The translations under genes were made by a program, and so were the position numbers. A stretch of 63,503 nucleotides of DNA, filler included, from Rhabdomonas costata (lineage: Eukaryota), in assembly GCA_019059605.1 (NCBI GenBank). It is 16 parts of 16 records of this genome, joined end to end, with 100 filler letters (N's around TTAATTAATTAA, not from the genome) between each part and the next. Parts side by side here need not be neighbours in the genome. Positions count along the whole stretch, not along the records: positions 23,947 to 27,792 come from JAHMHO010000478.1; positions 27,893 to 31,745 come from JAHMHO010000479.1; positions 31,846 to 35,704 come from JAHMHO010000480.1; positions 35,805 to 39,651 come from JAHMHO010000481.1; 12 more parts are not named here. One strand, written 5' to 3'. Positions 25,446 through 38,800 of the stretch are shown piece by piece; position 1 is the first letter of the stretch; each line of letters starts with the position of its first letter. Under the pieces are notes generated by a model. The model did no database searches and was not told where the DNA came from. It saw only the letters and a list, made by a program, of their open reading frames with translations.

Positions 25446-27197
25446 ATGCAGGCTGGAGCGGTGCACCCGCCCACTGTGGCGTTTTGTGCCGCGCTGGGAC
25501 TACCGGTAGTTCTTGTATTGCTGCTGCTGCATCGCAGAGAGCGTGAGCTTCGTCTGAAGGCTGAGCAAAACCGCCAGGCCGATCGGGCCGGCCGCACCCG
25601 CGCTGAGGCCCAGCTTAGGGTGCTTTGTGGGAGCAGCGGTGGCAATGTTGGTAGTGCGCCAAATTTGGGCGTCACCTTTTCACCGATAGGAGTTGTTCAT
25701 AGCGTGTTTCGGCAGCGGAATGGCACTCCACGACAGGGAATGTTGTGCCCTCTGGGTCGAGGGATTATCAAGCTCCACCCCAGCCAGCCGGCGTCTCTCC
25801 TTGAGGGGTTGGAGGACTTCAGTCACTGCTGGGTGTTGTTTAGCTTCCATGAGAACACGAACTGTCACAAAGAAGGTTTGCTCCCCGCTGCTGTTTCTGT
25901 GCTCCTTGATTGTGCAAAGCCGATGTCAAGTTAGTGGTGCTCTGCCAGAAATATTCATGATATTATTTGATGGAAGTTGGGATATGAGAGAAATAATTTC
26001 ACTTTTCTTCAGCATCAGATTTGCTCACGATTGCAAAAGCAGGAGTGACGCAACAGCACGAACAAACAAAGACAAAGACGAAGCGGCTGAAAACGGGTTT
26101 TCTAGCCACCTCAAATAAAAATGCAATTAATGAGCAGCGCTAATGCTCTGATTGCAGGTGGGACGAAGTCGAAGGTTCGTCCTCCTCGGTTGCAAGGTCG
26201 GAGCATCGGCGTGCTGGCAACCCGCAGCCCTCACCGTCCGTGCAATGTTGGGTAATTTCTTTTCAATTTCTTTGCCTCCCCCCCCCATTTCACCGTGTTT
26301 TTCCACACGAAGTTGGGCAGAGGCAGAGGAGTGGAGGTTGGGCGGGAAAGGGGGGTTTACCTGTTGTGTTGATCTTGTGTGTCGACTGTTGACAGAACTG
26401 ACCGCGCGTGACCCTCTCGTTGTCGCTGTCATTTTGGTGGTTGCAAGGATGGTAAAGATTCACACAAAAAATCACAAAAAACCGCAACCAAAACAGTTCG
26501 ACAACTTGTTTTATTTTGGTTCTGTTTTGCTTGTGCAGGTGTGTGTTGCTGAGGAAGTCACCCTTTTTTTTTTGCCTCCGTGTGTTTGTGTGTGTGACTG
26601 TTTTCCTGTTTCCACCAACACTGATTTGTGCGGATGAAGCGCACGGTAGGCGATAACGGTTGCCATCCCATGTTATGTGAGGTGTCAGGCTTTTTTTGCT
26701 TAGCTGGAAAACCCGATTGGAAAAGAAAGCACAAGCAAGCACTTGCAAAGAGACCAAGAGAATTCCTTTTAGCTTCCTGCTACCATCCCGTAATGATATT
26801 ATTTGAGAGTTTTTGAAGTCGTTGTCGTGCGCATATAAAGAGAGGAGAGAAGATTTATTGCGGATCCCCGAAAGCGTAGCCTCCAAGGGGCAAACACAGC
26901 GGGCGAGGGTGAAGGGAACCGAGGGAAGGAGGATGGAGCGAAGGAAGTTTCTTTTAGATGTTTTGCTTTGGACCGAGTCCTCCGACAGACCGCATACAAT
27001 AAGCTCCTGCTTCCACGGCACACGGTTTCAGATTCAACAACTTTCTTTCTCAGACTTTCACTGGTGAGAATCGACCACGTGGAGGGCTCGTCAGTGTTTA
27101 TCTCGGAGTTGGACTTGATTGACGGAACTCCAGTGCTGGACCTTAAGCCCTACGTACCTGATTACGACCACGTTTCGGATGTCCGCACACCTTCGTG
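25446..27197 (+). CDS. TRMO: tRNA m6t6A37 methyltransferase TrmO/TsaA family, 3' partial, spliced
   Basis: Exons 25446-25875, 26158-26251 and 27054-27197 contain PIGVVHSVFRQRNGTPRQ, LEGLEDFSHCWVLFSFH, KVRPPRL..GVLATRSPHRP and DLIDGTPVLDLKPY. The N-terminus has a hydrophobic segment and a coiled coil. Confidence 0.93.
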
Positions 27198-28827
27198 GTC
27201 TCTCCCGTGTGCACGTGCCTTTGTTTGGCGGAAAGAAATTGCTGGAGGGGATAGCTATGGACGACGGGATTTGGAATATTGTAATTGTATGGTAGCTTGA
27301 GACACCGCCTTTGTGATGAAAAATTTATTTTAATTATAAGGCACAACTTCGGTTACGGCGCCATGCACGTGGGGGGGGTCCCCCCCGCAACTTACCTATG
27401 GTTAGGGTGCCTTGCCTGCTCTCAAATACAGCCATGTTTACTCTGTTTGTTTAGAGACTTTGTAAGATGATAATGCTTAGCTGAAGAAGTTCCTAGAAAG
27501 TTACGGAGTGAGGAGAGATAAGTCTTGTGTGTGAAACTGAAGACCTTCCTACGGTCACGTGGTGGCGTGTATTCTGACCACTTGGAAGACAATGTTAAGG
27601 AGTTCCAGTGGAGGCGGAACCTTCCCAATGTTGCTGATCCCTTTATTGCTACTCTATCGTGAAGGCTTCTTCGTATACTTCGTGCTTTGCCCTATGGCCC
27701 GTCTACAGAAGCTATGCCATTTATAAATGTAAAAATCAAAAACAAATTATTAATGTGTCCCCAGCTCAGTGCCCTCATCTGCCCCACACCACNNNNNNNN
27801 NNNNNNNNNNNNNNNNNNNNNNNNNNNNNNNNNNNNTTAATTAATTAANNNNNNNNNNNNNNNNNNNNNNNNNNNNNNNNNNNNNNNNNNNNTGGTTTGG
27901 TTTATTACACTCCCTCTCTTTTCTGTATTTATTGGTACCGTTTCGTTTCTCGCTTTCCCGCTCGCCCCTATACTCCTGTTCTCTGAAATTCTCGCTTACT
28001 ACCGATACACGGCAATACGCAAGCACGCCACCACAAGAGACAAACTGATTACAAGGGGCATACCACAAACGACAAACGGGGTGCCGGCAGTTTATAGCAG
28101 TGAGCTGTGCAGTAACAACACAGGTAACAACGCAGATCTTTTGCGGACACACTAGACAGACAACAAAGTGAGCATCTCGTCAAAAAATCAGAGTATGCCA
28201 ACAAAGTACCCAAATAAAGCCAATGGTTTCACAAAGTAAAGGCCCACCTACCCTCTTCTTTCCCACAATCCAAAACAGCTTGCTCGCATAGGCAGGTACC
28301 CAGATGATTTGAGCTTCAAATTTTTATTGAAGTATTTCTCATTTCCCCTTGCATTATTGAATTTCTAGGAAGCTGAGCTTTTCCATCTTGAACCTAAAAA
28401 AGGAAACGCAATAAATGCGCACCGTTCAGTATCCTACTCAATGCGAATCGTTAAGTTTGTGTGATTGTTCTGCTTTTTGTCCTTTTTGAGTTGTTTATTT
28501 TTTAAAAAAAATTTCCACATATAGTGAGTTAATGGTTACAACCCGATGTGGACGTGGTGGAGCTATTGTTGCAAAATTGTGGGTGCATTTTGGATGTCGT
28601 GTTAACCGAGCACCAATCACTCACTGGTATAAGCAACGCTCAAATTAATACGAAACATAAATAGTGAGAAATTCAGTTCCGAATAAGTCGGAGGGACCGA
28701 GCCCCTCCAGGTTCACTCGGTAGCTAAGTGCTATCAAAGGGTTCTTGGCTTTTTCGACAGTCATTTTTCTTTCCTCAAACTTGTCTCATGTTTCTATCAC
28801 GATGAAACACCTGTAAACGGCTGTTCA

Positions 28828-31419
28828 ATGAGCACCAGTAGTGATCAGGGCCACAGAGAAGAGGATGGAGGGAAGGTGAGGCGACCCGAAAGTCATTCCA
28901 AACCGTCCAAATCAGAGGAGCGACAAGATCGTGGACGGCATCGTCGCAGCAAGAGCAGAAGCAAGAGCCGGAGCCGGAGCAAAAGTGGTGACCGGTGTGT
29001 TTTGAGCAAGGATTTTTCTTTTTTACTCGGCCATTCGTCCTTGTGCCTGTTGTGCAGACCAGAGATACAGGACACCAGCATGCTCCACAGAAGCGAATCA
29101 AAAGAAAGTGCTCACACAGAGGCGGGGTGCGTGCGTATGAAGGAGGAACTGTGTTTTTCTTACGTGCTTTTCCTCAGCAAGCATCATCGCTCTTCACGAT
29201 CTTCGCGCTCTCCCTCCCGCTCCCGCTCTCATTCACGGGAGCGAAGTCCGGCGAAGAAGTACCCTCGTGTTTCGGGTCCTGCTCCTTCCCTTGCACCCGC
29301 AGCTGGGGCTGCCTCTGCGAGTGGAAACCCGTCAGCTGCCGGTCCGCCCTCTCTATTCTTCTGTCCACGGCACGTTAACATGCAGTCCCCCCCCCTTCAA
29401 TTTCATGTTTGTTTTGTTTCGGGAGTCTTTAGCAGGAGCGCTGAAACAAACTGCAGATTTTTGTTGCGACGACAGTGTTATAATTTTTCACCAAATCACA
29501 CGGGATGCCCTTGTGCGGACACAAGCGGGGTGCGAGTGCTCATCGAGGAGCAAATAAACACGGACTATAAGAAACTTTAAACAGAAAGCCACGTGGTGGT
29601 GAAGAGGAGGAAACTGGTCTCTGTTTCCGCACGCAATAATCGAACAAAAATGACGTGGGCGGCGGAAACGAACGGAGACCACACATCAGAGATACTCAGA
29701 GAATGAGAGAAAGAAACGCACAGAAGAAAAAGGGAAGAGACTGGAAAAGGGAGTGAATTGGGGATGTGCTGGTGTAGGCATAGGCGAAAAAGTTGGCAGG
29801 CGCGCGGAAGTGCGTTTCGATTTGTGGTATATAGGGTCCCGATAACCTCTTTTCTCACAGGATCTGCGCCGCAGTTGACACAATCGCAGGCCGTTGCCAG
29901 CTTGCCCACAGTGGTCCAGACTCGCTTGAACGAGCTGTGGTCTTCGGGTCAACTGTCGCTTAGCGACCTAGATGCGCGAATTCTCGGGGAGCTCGGCAAG
30001 CTGGAAGCCCAGCAGCAGGTCAGCAGAATCCGCTTTCACCTTTGTACTTTGCAGACACAGGAAAAGTTGGTTTGTAACTGCTACTGCAACTCACGTATTA
30101 AGGCCCCAAGGCAACGCATCAAAACAAAACTAGCCCGAAAGTATCGGGGCCGGGCATTTCTGCTGTGTTGGAGGCTGACTTGCGCGGTTAGGGCGATGAA
30201 CGGTTCCCTGGAAATGGCACCTCAAAGGGACAGAGTTATTCTAGTGGCGAAGGTGCCGCGCCGTCCGTCGGGGGGGGGGGGACAGGAGGAGTTTTCGTCC
30301 TCATGCCCCCAAAAACGAAACATGAGGGAGATTTGTGGTTGGCCTACCACGCATAATTTGGAACCTTTTCGTGTGACGTTTATCGATTTTAAACTGTTAC
30401 TGTGTTCGTGTTCAGCGGTTTGGCCTCGTTAAACGGTTTGGCAACATTCAATGGACAGAACGCGTACTTGTCTTCTTTTTGCCAGCTCACCGCTTTGGAT
30501 GCCTTGGTAAAGTCGAATGCCAACATCGTCAACAAAAGCGGTTTCTTCATGGGGATCCTATCAAAGATGCGTGCACGCAGCGCGCATCTCGCCACCTTGG
30601 ACGCGATGGGGGTCAATCCCGGCACCGGGGTTTTGCACGCCATGGCTCAGGTCAAGCTAGATGCCCTGTACAACACCGGACAGCTGCAAAAGTTTGACCT
30701 TGATCAGGTGCGTCACTTCAGCACCCTCCTTTCTTTTCAGGTTCACGTGGCCTTTTGAGTCACAAGAATTAGGTCTGTAACAAAAAACCTGGTTGGTTAT
30801 AACCATGAATATAATCAATCAGTCCCGGAGGAAAAGAAGCTGTTTTCTGTTTCCTCAACTTGGCGCTTTTTAAATTTTGTTTTTTGCTTTTCCGAAAGCT
30901 TCCGTTTTGCCCCAGAGTAAGAAAGAAACAACCACAGGCAGTGCACAGCTGAAAGGCAGTTTTCACAGGGTTTCTGTTTAGCACATTTGGCTTGGAGCAC
31001 GGAGATGCGAGCTTGGGTGTACGCGTCCTGCGTCGGATAAGCGGGCTGAAGGTTGACTTGACCACCTTGACCTCTGACCTCTCTTTTTTTTTCCGGGAGA
31101 CCATCCTTAAAAGATTACAATCAAAAACCAGATTTTTGGTTTCAATAAAAAAAACTAGGCTATTTTACAGCCCTGTTAAGAATTGAACTGAGTGACGGAC
31201 GGAGTTTTTTTATTGATGTGCATTCGGTGAGAGAAGGGCGGAAGCGTCCTCTAAGTAACTTCTGCTTTCAGTTCTCCTTTATTTGCTGCGGCAGGCCATT
31301 CTGGAGTCCCTGGGTCAGTTCGATCCCATGACGCAGTGCTCGATAATTGACACCTTCCTCAGCAAAAATCTTTCCAGCATTACCAACAAGTCCGGCTACA
31401 TGGCTGGAATTATGAAAAG
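28828..31419 (+). CDS. RS-rich protein with two tandem hnRNP-Q/R acidic (alpha-helical bundle) domains, 3' partial
   Basis: Exons 28828-28994, 29178-29341, 29861-30018, 30486-30707 and 31295-31419 are phase-consistent. RS dipeptide tracts are followed by two units of L..L+..GQL...DLD..IL..L........+D......I.NKSG++.GI+. Confidence 0.8.
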
Positions 31420-34000
31420 GTTGCCGCACTGCTCCTCCCTCCACATCCTCTTGTGCGCCTATGCTGGTATATTGGTTAATCTCTTTCAATCTTTTGTTTC
31501 TTCGTTAAATGTTGTCACCAACACCAAATTAGCCCAGCCCACGAACATCGTGTAAAGCACTGCAAAGCGTTAATTTTGAAAAAGAAAATGTTTTTCTGTG
31601 TTGTTATGTGTTAATGCGCTGATGACAGGTGGTTTAAAATGCAGAATTTCCCGAAGTGAGCAGTGCAAAGAGATCGCAAGACAGACGTGATCAGAAGCCT
31701 TACAGATTCTGTAACCTGTCTCAAGCATACCCAACACAAAACAACNNNNNNNNNNNNNNNNNNNNNNNNNNNNNNNNNNNNNNNNNNNNTTAATTAATTA
31801 ANNNNNNNNNNNNNNNNNNNNNNNNNNNNNNNNNNNNNNNNNNNNGGGTGGGGGGGTAAATTTGGGCGCAAGAGAAATATGACCAACCTGGCGCGTCAGG
31901 AAGATGGTGGTCTTTTCAAGAGCCAGGGAACACCTTCGGTATTCGAACATTCACCGTCTAAGAAGGCACGTGCGTGGAAAACCCACGATCATCCTGGAAG
32001 ACTTCACACAGTTCACGCGGCTGGCCAGTAGGAACGCAAGGGTCGCAGTACCAACAACTTGCACGTTAGGGAAAAAAGCAGCGAAACACACCAAACAGTA
32101 ACGAGGACGGCCAATCCACAGCCCGCCTCCCCACAAAAGCGAAGAGGTGAAAACGTCCGCAAATCACTGCCTTTGTTCCGGGCACATCACACACACACAT
32201 GCAAGAATCACGTGGCTGGAGAATATGGAAGATGAGGTGAAAGAGGTTTACGAACATACCCCGCACAGAGACACACGAGAGAACGAGAGAACGCCCATTG
32301 AGTAAGAGACTTCACGCCCCTGCTCTTTCCCTGATCTCACTCTTGCGCTCCGATTAAGTCTCTCGGGCAACCCCCGGCATCACCCCGCCGTACGGACAAC
32401 ATAGCGGCTGCTCCTGAACACCCGCCACCACCCCACATTGATCAAAAGGAAATGCAGGGGTGCATGCATGGATACCTGGAGAGAATCCCGGTGTTTTTTG
32501 ACATTTGGGTTTTGTAAAGAGGGGGAGAGAGCAGTTTTCTAGCGAAATATGGCGTGATCTGGGCTCGGAAGCAATGCAATGAGAACAGATAGGAGGAAAT
32601 GAGTGAAGGAGTCTCAGTGGAAAACCAATACGGACCTTTCAGAGGACCCCTTCCTGCTACTGATTGGGTACATGAGGAAGGGTTCAATTCCAATGGGCAT
32701 TAAAGTCGCTTCAAATGAAAATCCATCCATACATTTTACATGGCCCTCCCCGTGCTTCGTGCGACCAGCCCCGAGTCGGGGTACCCAACCTGAACCCAAC
32801 CCATCCCTTAACCCTTATATTCTCCTGACCGGGATTTTGCAAATACGTCTTGTTTCCGGTATCGCTCCGGAATTTATTTTGCTCGTCAGACTACACCCAG
32901 AACAAACACAGAGCCATCAGAAGTGTCAGTACAAGTGCTGGGGTGAAGAATCCTCATGAAACACTGTGTGCGAGTCTCCAACACGTTATTTTTGGCTGTG
33001 GTTTTGAAGGGCTTTTGTTTCTCTTTTGTCTTCTGCCTTTTGCTTTCCTTGCCTTCATGTCTTTTTTCACACATTACATACATTACTTCATTCCCTGACT
33101 ATACACGCCGCACGCCCCCTCTCCAACTTCCCGCTGACAACANNNNNNNNNNNNNNNNNNNNNNNNNNNNNNNNNNNNNNNNNNNNNNNNNNNNNNNNNN
33201 NNNNNNNNNNNNNNNNNNNNNNNNNNNNNNNNNNNNNNNNNNNNNNNNNNNNNNNNNNNNNNNNNNNNNNNNNNNNNNNNNNNNNNNNNNNNNNNNNNNN
33301 NNNNNNNNNNNNNNNNNNNNNNNNNNNNNNNNNNNNNNNNNNNNNNNNNNNNNNNNNNNNNNNNNNNNNNNNNNNNNNNNNNNNNNNNNNNNNNNNNNNN
33401 NNNNNNNNNNNNNNNNNNNNNNNNNNATGACGTTCATCCTGCTAGCGCCCCTACTCACCGTCATCCTCACCGTCCCTAGCCTTCACATTTCTCGCGTTCG
33501 AAAAATGTGGTAATCCCTGGAATATAGTGACCCAACGTGCAAACATTCTTCCTGGACTTTTACTTTCTTGTCCAATTTGCTCCCGACTGCAGATGCAATT
33601 ATCAGTAACTTGCGGGCAAAAACACTCCCTACGTATTTCCTATGTACGTTTCTCTACGCATGCCCACCAGCCTTTTTCCTGCCATGGAATGCAGCGCCTC
33701 AGGCAGAACCCAGGCAAGGGGAGGGTAGAGCAGGGAGTGGGTTGGGGGGGGGTGCATATCACAGCGGCTTGGCTGGTGGGCGACACCAAGCTCATCAGTT
33801 GTAGTCCTAAGAGCGTTTCGCCCCCCGTCCCCCCTATCTCTCTTGTAAGGTGCGTAGTGGCTGACAATACAGCCTTCACGCCCAATTTGCATTGGGGAAA
33901 TCTTTCGGCGGCAGGCGACTGTGGGATTGCAACACACACGAGAGTGAAAGAGAAAAGACAGCAAGAGAAAATGAGGAGTACTCTGACACCAAACGCTAGC

Positions 34001-34889
34001 TCATCTTCCTCCGTAAGTCGACGTCTTCCACTTGGCTCCGCACTCGTCGCAAGTAAAGTAGCTGTAGCCCTGAGCCAACACCGCCGTCCGAGGTCAACAA
34101 GTCACGAAGGATGAACAAAAAGGGCCTACGATGTGGATTGTACTTCGGACAGATGGAAAGGTTGGAAAGGAGGTTGGAAATCAAAGGGAAAAAAGCAAAA
34201 GTTTGGTAGTTAGCTAGAGACCCATCAAACTTGGCTCATTCGCTCGGTCCAAGTATCATGATTGCGTCAGCCTTTCGTTTCAAGCAATTGGGAGTTGGGA
34301 CACAAACTGCCCCTTCGACCTGGAACACAGTCCGTTCCTTCCTGCTCCCACCCCACAGCCCAAGCTAAAGGACGACCCGCTTCCCCCGAAGCCGCCTCCA
34401 GCAGTCCGTGTGACCGCAGCTCGGCGCACAGGGAAGGGCCTCCTCCTGCAACCCCGCAGCAGAAGCAGCGCCAGTAGAGGGGCTGCCCAACGGTGAGAGG
34501 CTACCGGTGCTGCAGCTGCTGCAGCTGCAGAATGAATCCGTCAAGCTCATGGTGGATGGGGTCTTCTCACTGGAAGGGCTGCAGAGGGATGACGGCAGTG
34601 GTCGGGGGTTTCCCGAGCACACTCCAGATATCGGCACCCAGGGATCGAAGGCGCGGCCGTTCGGCAGAGGGCATTGTGTTGCGGGGGGCGGGGGTGCCAC
34701 AACACGTAATCCCCCTCCCCGGCCAACCTCATGGGCGCGCGTTACGGGAGCGGCAAAAGGACCCCGGCAGGGGTATGGTGGCATCTCCAGCCGTACAGGG
34801 GAGGCTGCGGATTGGTTGGAAAACCCCACCCCTTGGGCTGAAGGCCCGTGTACATGTGGGGGCAAGGGCACTGCTAGGAAGATCGCCAT
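34001..34889 (-). CDS. Pro/Ser-rich protein with C-terminal CxH...CxxC zinc-ribbon-like motif
   Basis: Exons 34889-34377 (start uncertain) and 34069-34001 join in phase 0 to give CGHTDCWRRLRGKR-GYSYFTCDECGAKWKTSTYGGR*. Confidence 0.75.
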
Positions 34890-35854
34890 GCTTGGCGCTG
34901 CGAGGGGCGGAGCGGCAGCACCGAAAAAGGCGGTGGGCGCTGGGTCGCTGCCCTCACTTTCGCGGGTTCGGCGGGGTGTGGCAGGAGCCTCAGCAGATTT
35001 TGGACAAGGCTCCGGGGAAAAGCTGTTCCCAAACCAAAAAAACGCGTTCAGGTTCAAACAAGGGTAAGTTCATGCTTGCTTTTTTCCTTGTTTTTTTACT
35101 AGCTGGTTGCGTTACTGTCCTCGAGCTCTAAATATGGATTCGCTGTGCCGCAAGGTCGGCGTTTCATCCTTTCAATTTTCTCTCAGCAGAAACAGGCACA
35201 AACAGTCAGTTGTTTGTTAACAGGTGGCAGAATATTTGCAAAGAAATGAGAACTATTCGCGAAGAAGCTAGTTAAAACCAATGCAACCAAGGATACAACC
35301 ATCGATGAGGGTACAGGCTTGCTGCGGCTTGAAATCTGAGTTGACCACAGGCCTATACGCTGGTCCTAGGGTCGGGAGAAGAATTGCCAGCAGAGGCTGG
35401 CGAATCCTGTGCAAACGGCTGGCAGGAAAGTGACTCCCACGTCATCTCGCCCTACTGAAAACCCTGCCAACCGCATCGTGGCCTTCATTGTGGGATTCCC
35501 ATGCAAGGACACCGCAGGCCAGTCAAATGAATGCCGGATGACAGGAGAGGATAGGAGCCACATGCGCTATAGGAGCTTGTCTCCACACCTTCGGACCTCA
35601 CGGGGTGCAAGCGGTGCAGCGATCGGCGGAGGTGGGGGCCGAAACGGCGGCTCCTTGGCCGCAACCATCCCTGCGGGACATGGTGTGGGACCGCACCAAA
35701 AACANNNNNNNNNNNNNNNNNNNNNNNNNNNNNNNNNNNNNNNNNNNNTTAATTAATTAANNNNNNNNNNNNNNNNNNNNNNNNNNNNNNNNNNNNNNNN
35801 NNNNTGTTGGGTGTGTGTGTGTGTGCCTGTGTGTGGGTGTCTCTGTGTGTGTAG

Positions 35855-38800
35855 TTGAGAGCTGCACCGTTCTGCTGACGGGCGGTGGCGGGCTGAGCGG
35901 GTGGTACGTCCCCTTTGGGCTGTGGGAGGGCCGCCCCTTGTACCGCAACGGGGTGTTCTTTCTGTTCTTCCTTTCGGGGTCGGGGTGGACCGTCAGCGTG
36001 GTGGTGGGCACCTCGAGTCAGCTGTACAATTCCCAGGATGTGGGTACCCCGGACCTGCTCACCCAGCCGTGGTCCGTCCCGGGGGTGCAGACTGTGTGCA
36101 CCGGTACGTTGCTGTCTGTGCCGCGTTGTGCGGCTGTTACGTTCGGTTACGTCCTGTTACGTTCTGTTTTCTGGTCATTGTTCACGTATGTGCATGTGCA
36201 CGCTTGCCACTAGGGCGGTTTTCAACTAGAAACGTGCCTCGTCTGTGCTGCAGGTTCCGCTGTTCACTATGTTTGCTTCACTCTTCCTTTAAACGGATGT
36301 AAACGCAACTGCTTTCATTTTGCGTCAAACAGAAAGAATGAAAGAATGTGCTCCCCTACTTTTGTCTTTTTGACATGGAATAAAAGCGAAGGCAAGGCCA
36401 TTGGTTGGAACACAGGACAGAAAGATGTCTGCAGCCGTCGTCTCATACCCAAGCTGGGTATCTTGAGGACTGTGTGCCCTTTCTTGTTGCCTGATGTCCT
36501 TCTTGACGCAGGAGTTCGAATGATTGAACTGAAAGGCCGGACTTCATTCCCTGACCTTCTTTCATTGTTCCCTTCTCCAGTGACACCGTGCGACATCTCC
36601 CTAACTGGGGGTACGGGGTTCAACGGGGTGTACTCCCTGGCGGGGACCTCCCAGGGCCACCCCTACTACTTCAGCGGGCTCTGGTACCTGTATTTTGTAC
36701 CGCTGCAGGGTTGGACCATTAGCTACGAGCTGGGGCGGGCCAGCAGCTTCTTCTACAACTCCCAGGACGTGCCCTCCCCAGACCAGCTTACTCAGCCCTG
36801 GACCGTGGCAGGGGTCCGAACAGCGTGCCTTGGTATGCAAATGCACCACGGGTGGAATAAGTTGCGATTGCGCTTTCGTTTAACGCTTGCTGCTTTCCCA
36901 CTCTTTTAGGTATTTTAGTTTTGCACAGGCATCCTTTGCGTTTGTTTTCTGTTTCCTCTTGCCCTCGTCCCACTCATCAGCCACCTTTGCAAAGAGTGCT
37001 TGTACTGCAAAATCCCGTTCCCTTGCTCCGTGCTGGGTTCCCGCCGAGGCAGCTTGAGCACCTTTTTTGGGTAAGCATTGAACGGTGGTGGAAAAAGAGC
37101 GAAAGCGATGAAATCCTTCGGACGGTGATGTCAGCGATCATGGAAGATGCAGTGGTCCAAGCAGTGGAAAGGTACGGTAGGTTTGAATATTGTGCCCACG
37201 GGGACCGTGCGAACTGTCATCACCCGCTGTCACCTAGGATCAAGCGAAAAATAGGAGCTGCCCTTAGGGTGCGAGGGGAGGGAGACTTGTGGGTTTCATA
37301 CTCTGCTGCAGTCAACTGCAGCTTCCAGAACTTCTCCCTGGTTCCCACCGAGGTGGTGTGCAGCAACGGCACCCTTCTGGCCTGCAATGGGGTCAGCGGG
37401 GAGGTATCTTCCATGGGTACCGGCTGCCCGCTTGGGGCACCACTGCCTGGTATGCATGTATGCACGTGTGCACCCGAAACCAACACATGGGGGTTCACCG
37501 AGGCACCGAGAGCAGAAGGTTTTCATCAATTTTGAAAATTGAAGTGGTTAAGAAATTATCAGGAGCGAACTCGGGAGGCGGAGATATTGTCGCGGTTTTG
37601 TTGGTTGCTGCGAGTTAAAACTCGCACGTATGCTGATGATGCCATTTTCGATAAAATACTAAGAAAACAGCCCCAGTGGTGGAGGCGCCACGGATCCCTG
37701 AAAATTCCCCAGAACCGTGAACTGATGAGGGCTCTGAGAGGCTCTGGAGCCGCCGTGCAAACCTTCCTGGCGCTCATCCTGTTCAGAAGGTGTGGTCTGT
37801 TGTTATCCTGCTCGAAGTGCAACACTTTAACTCTCTTACCGTGGAGCCGATAACCAGCCGATCGAAACCCAAGGAATCGAGTTTCGCGGTGGAATACAAA
37901 AGAACAGTTTTCGAATTACTGCTGCCACACGACGCTGTCCGTCTGTTATAGCTCCACACGGCTCCAACGTGACCTGTGGGAACAACTTCAACTGCCCCGC
38001 GGGCTTCATTGTGGCCAATGCCAACACGGCGTGTTCCTCTTCGGGGTGCAACCAGACGGACTGCTGTAGAGGTCGCCGATTTTTCCACTTTTTGGGGGTT
38101 CGGTGAATAAAAATAACTTTTTTGTGACAAAATTCTCCCACTCACCTGTAACCCTTCTGTCGTTTGTAGGAGAAGAGGTGTGTAGTTGAGACGGTGTAGT
38201 GGTTGACGATGTTGATGCGGCTCCCCCAAAAACCCAAACGTGAATTGGAGCCCTAAGTCCGAGTGTTGTGGCCGCGTTTGTATTGCCATCTTCAGTTTCC
38301 AACACTACCAATCTGACCTGCGGCAGCGCCAGCTTTGTGTGCCCCTCGGGCTTCGCCGCGAAGAGCCCCAACATCGTGTGCTCCCTTCCGGTCTGCATCG
38401 TGACGGACTGCTGCACAGGTATGCTGTGGTGCTGTCTTGCAGGGAATTCTGACCCCAAGGACCCGCCACGCAGGGTTTCGGGAGGCCGGTTGTAAATACA
38501 AAAGACCCCAGGCCTGCTTCGGCCTAGCCCTCCACACTTCTGCTGTGCTGATTGCATTTTTTTTGGTTCAAAGGTGCCTTCACTTGGATCCCTCTTTTGG
38601 GTGTCCAATAAGATGCTTTAGATGCCCTTAGCAACGTTGGCTCAGTTTCGCGAGATGTGAACCGCTGTGTTTTCGTCGAGGTGGGTTTGGCTTGATTTTT
38701 ACACCAGAACCCAGCCCATGCAATGGAAAGGACGCCTTTTGCCATCAAAAGGCGTTTTTTTAAAAAGCGTCCAGCATCATGCACTGTGTTGCCTCCTCAC

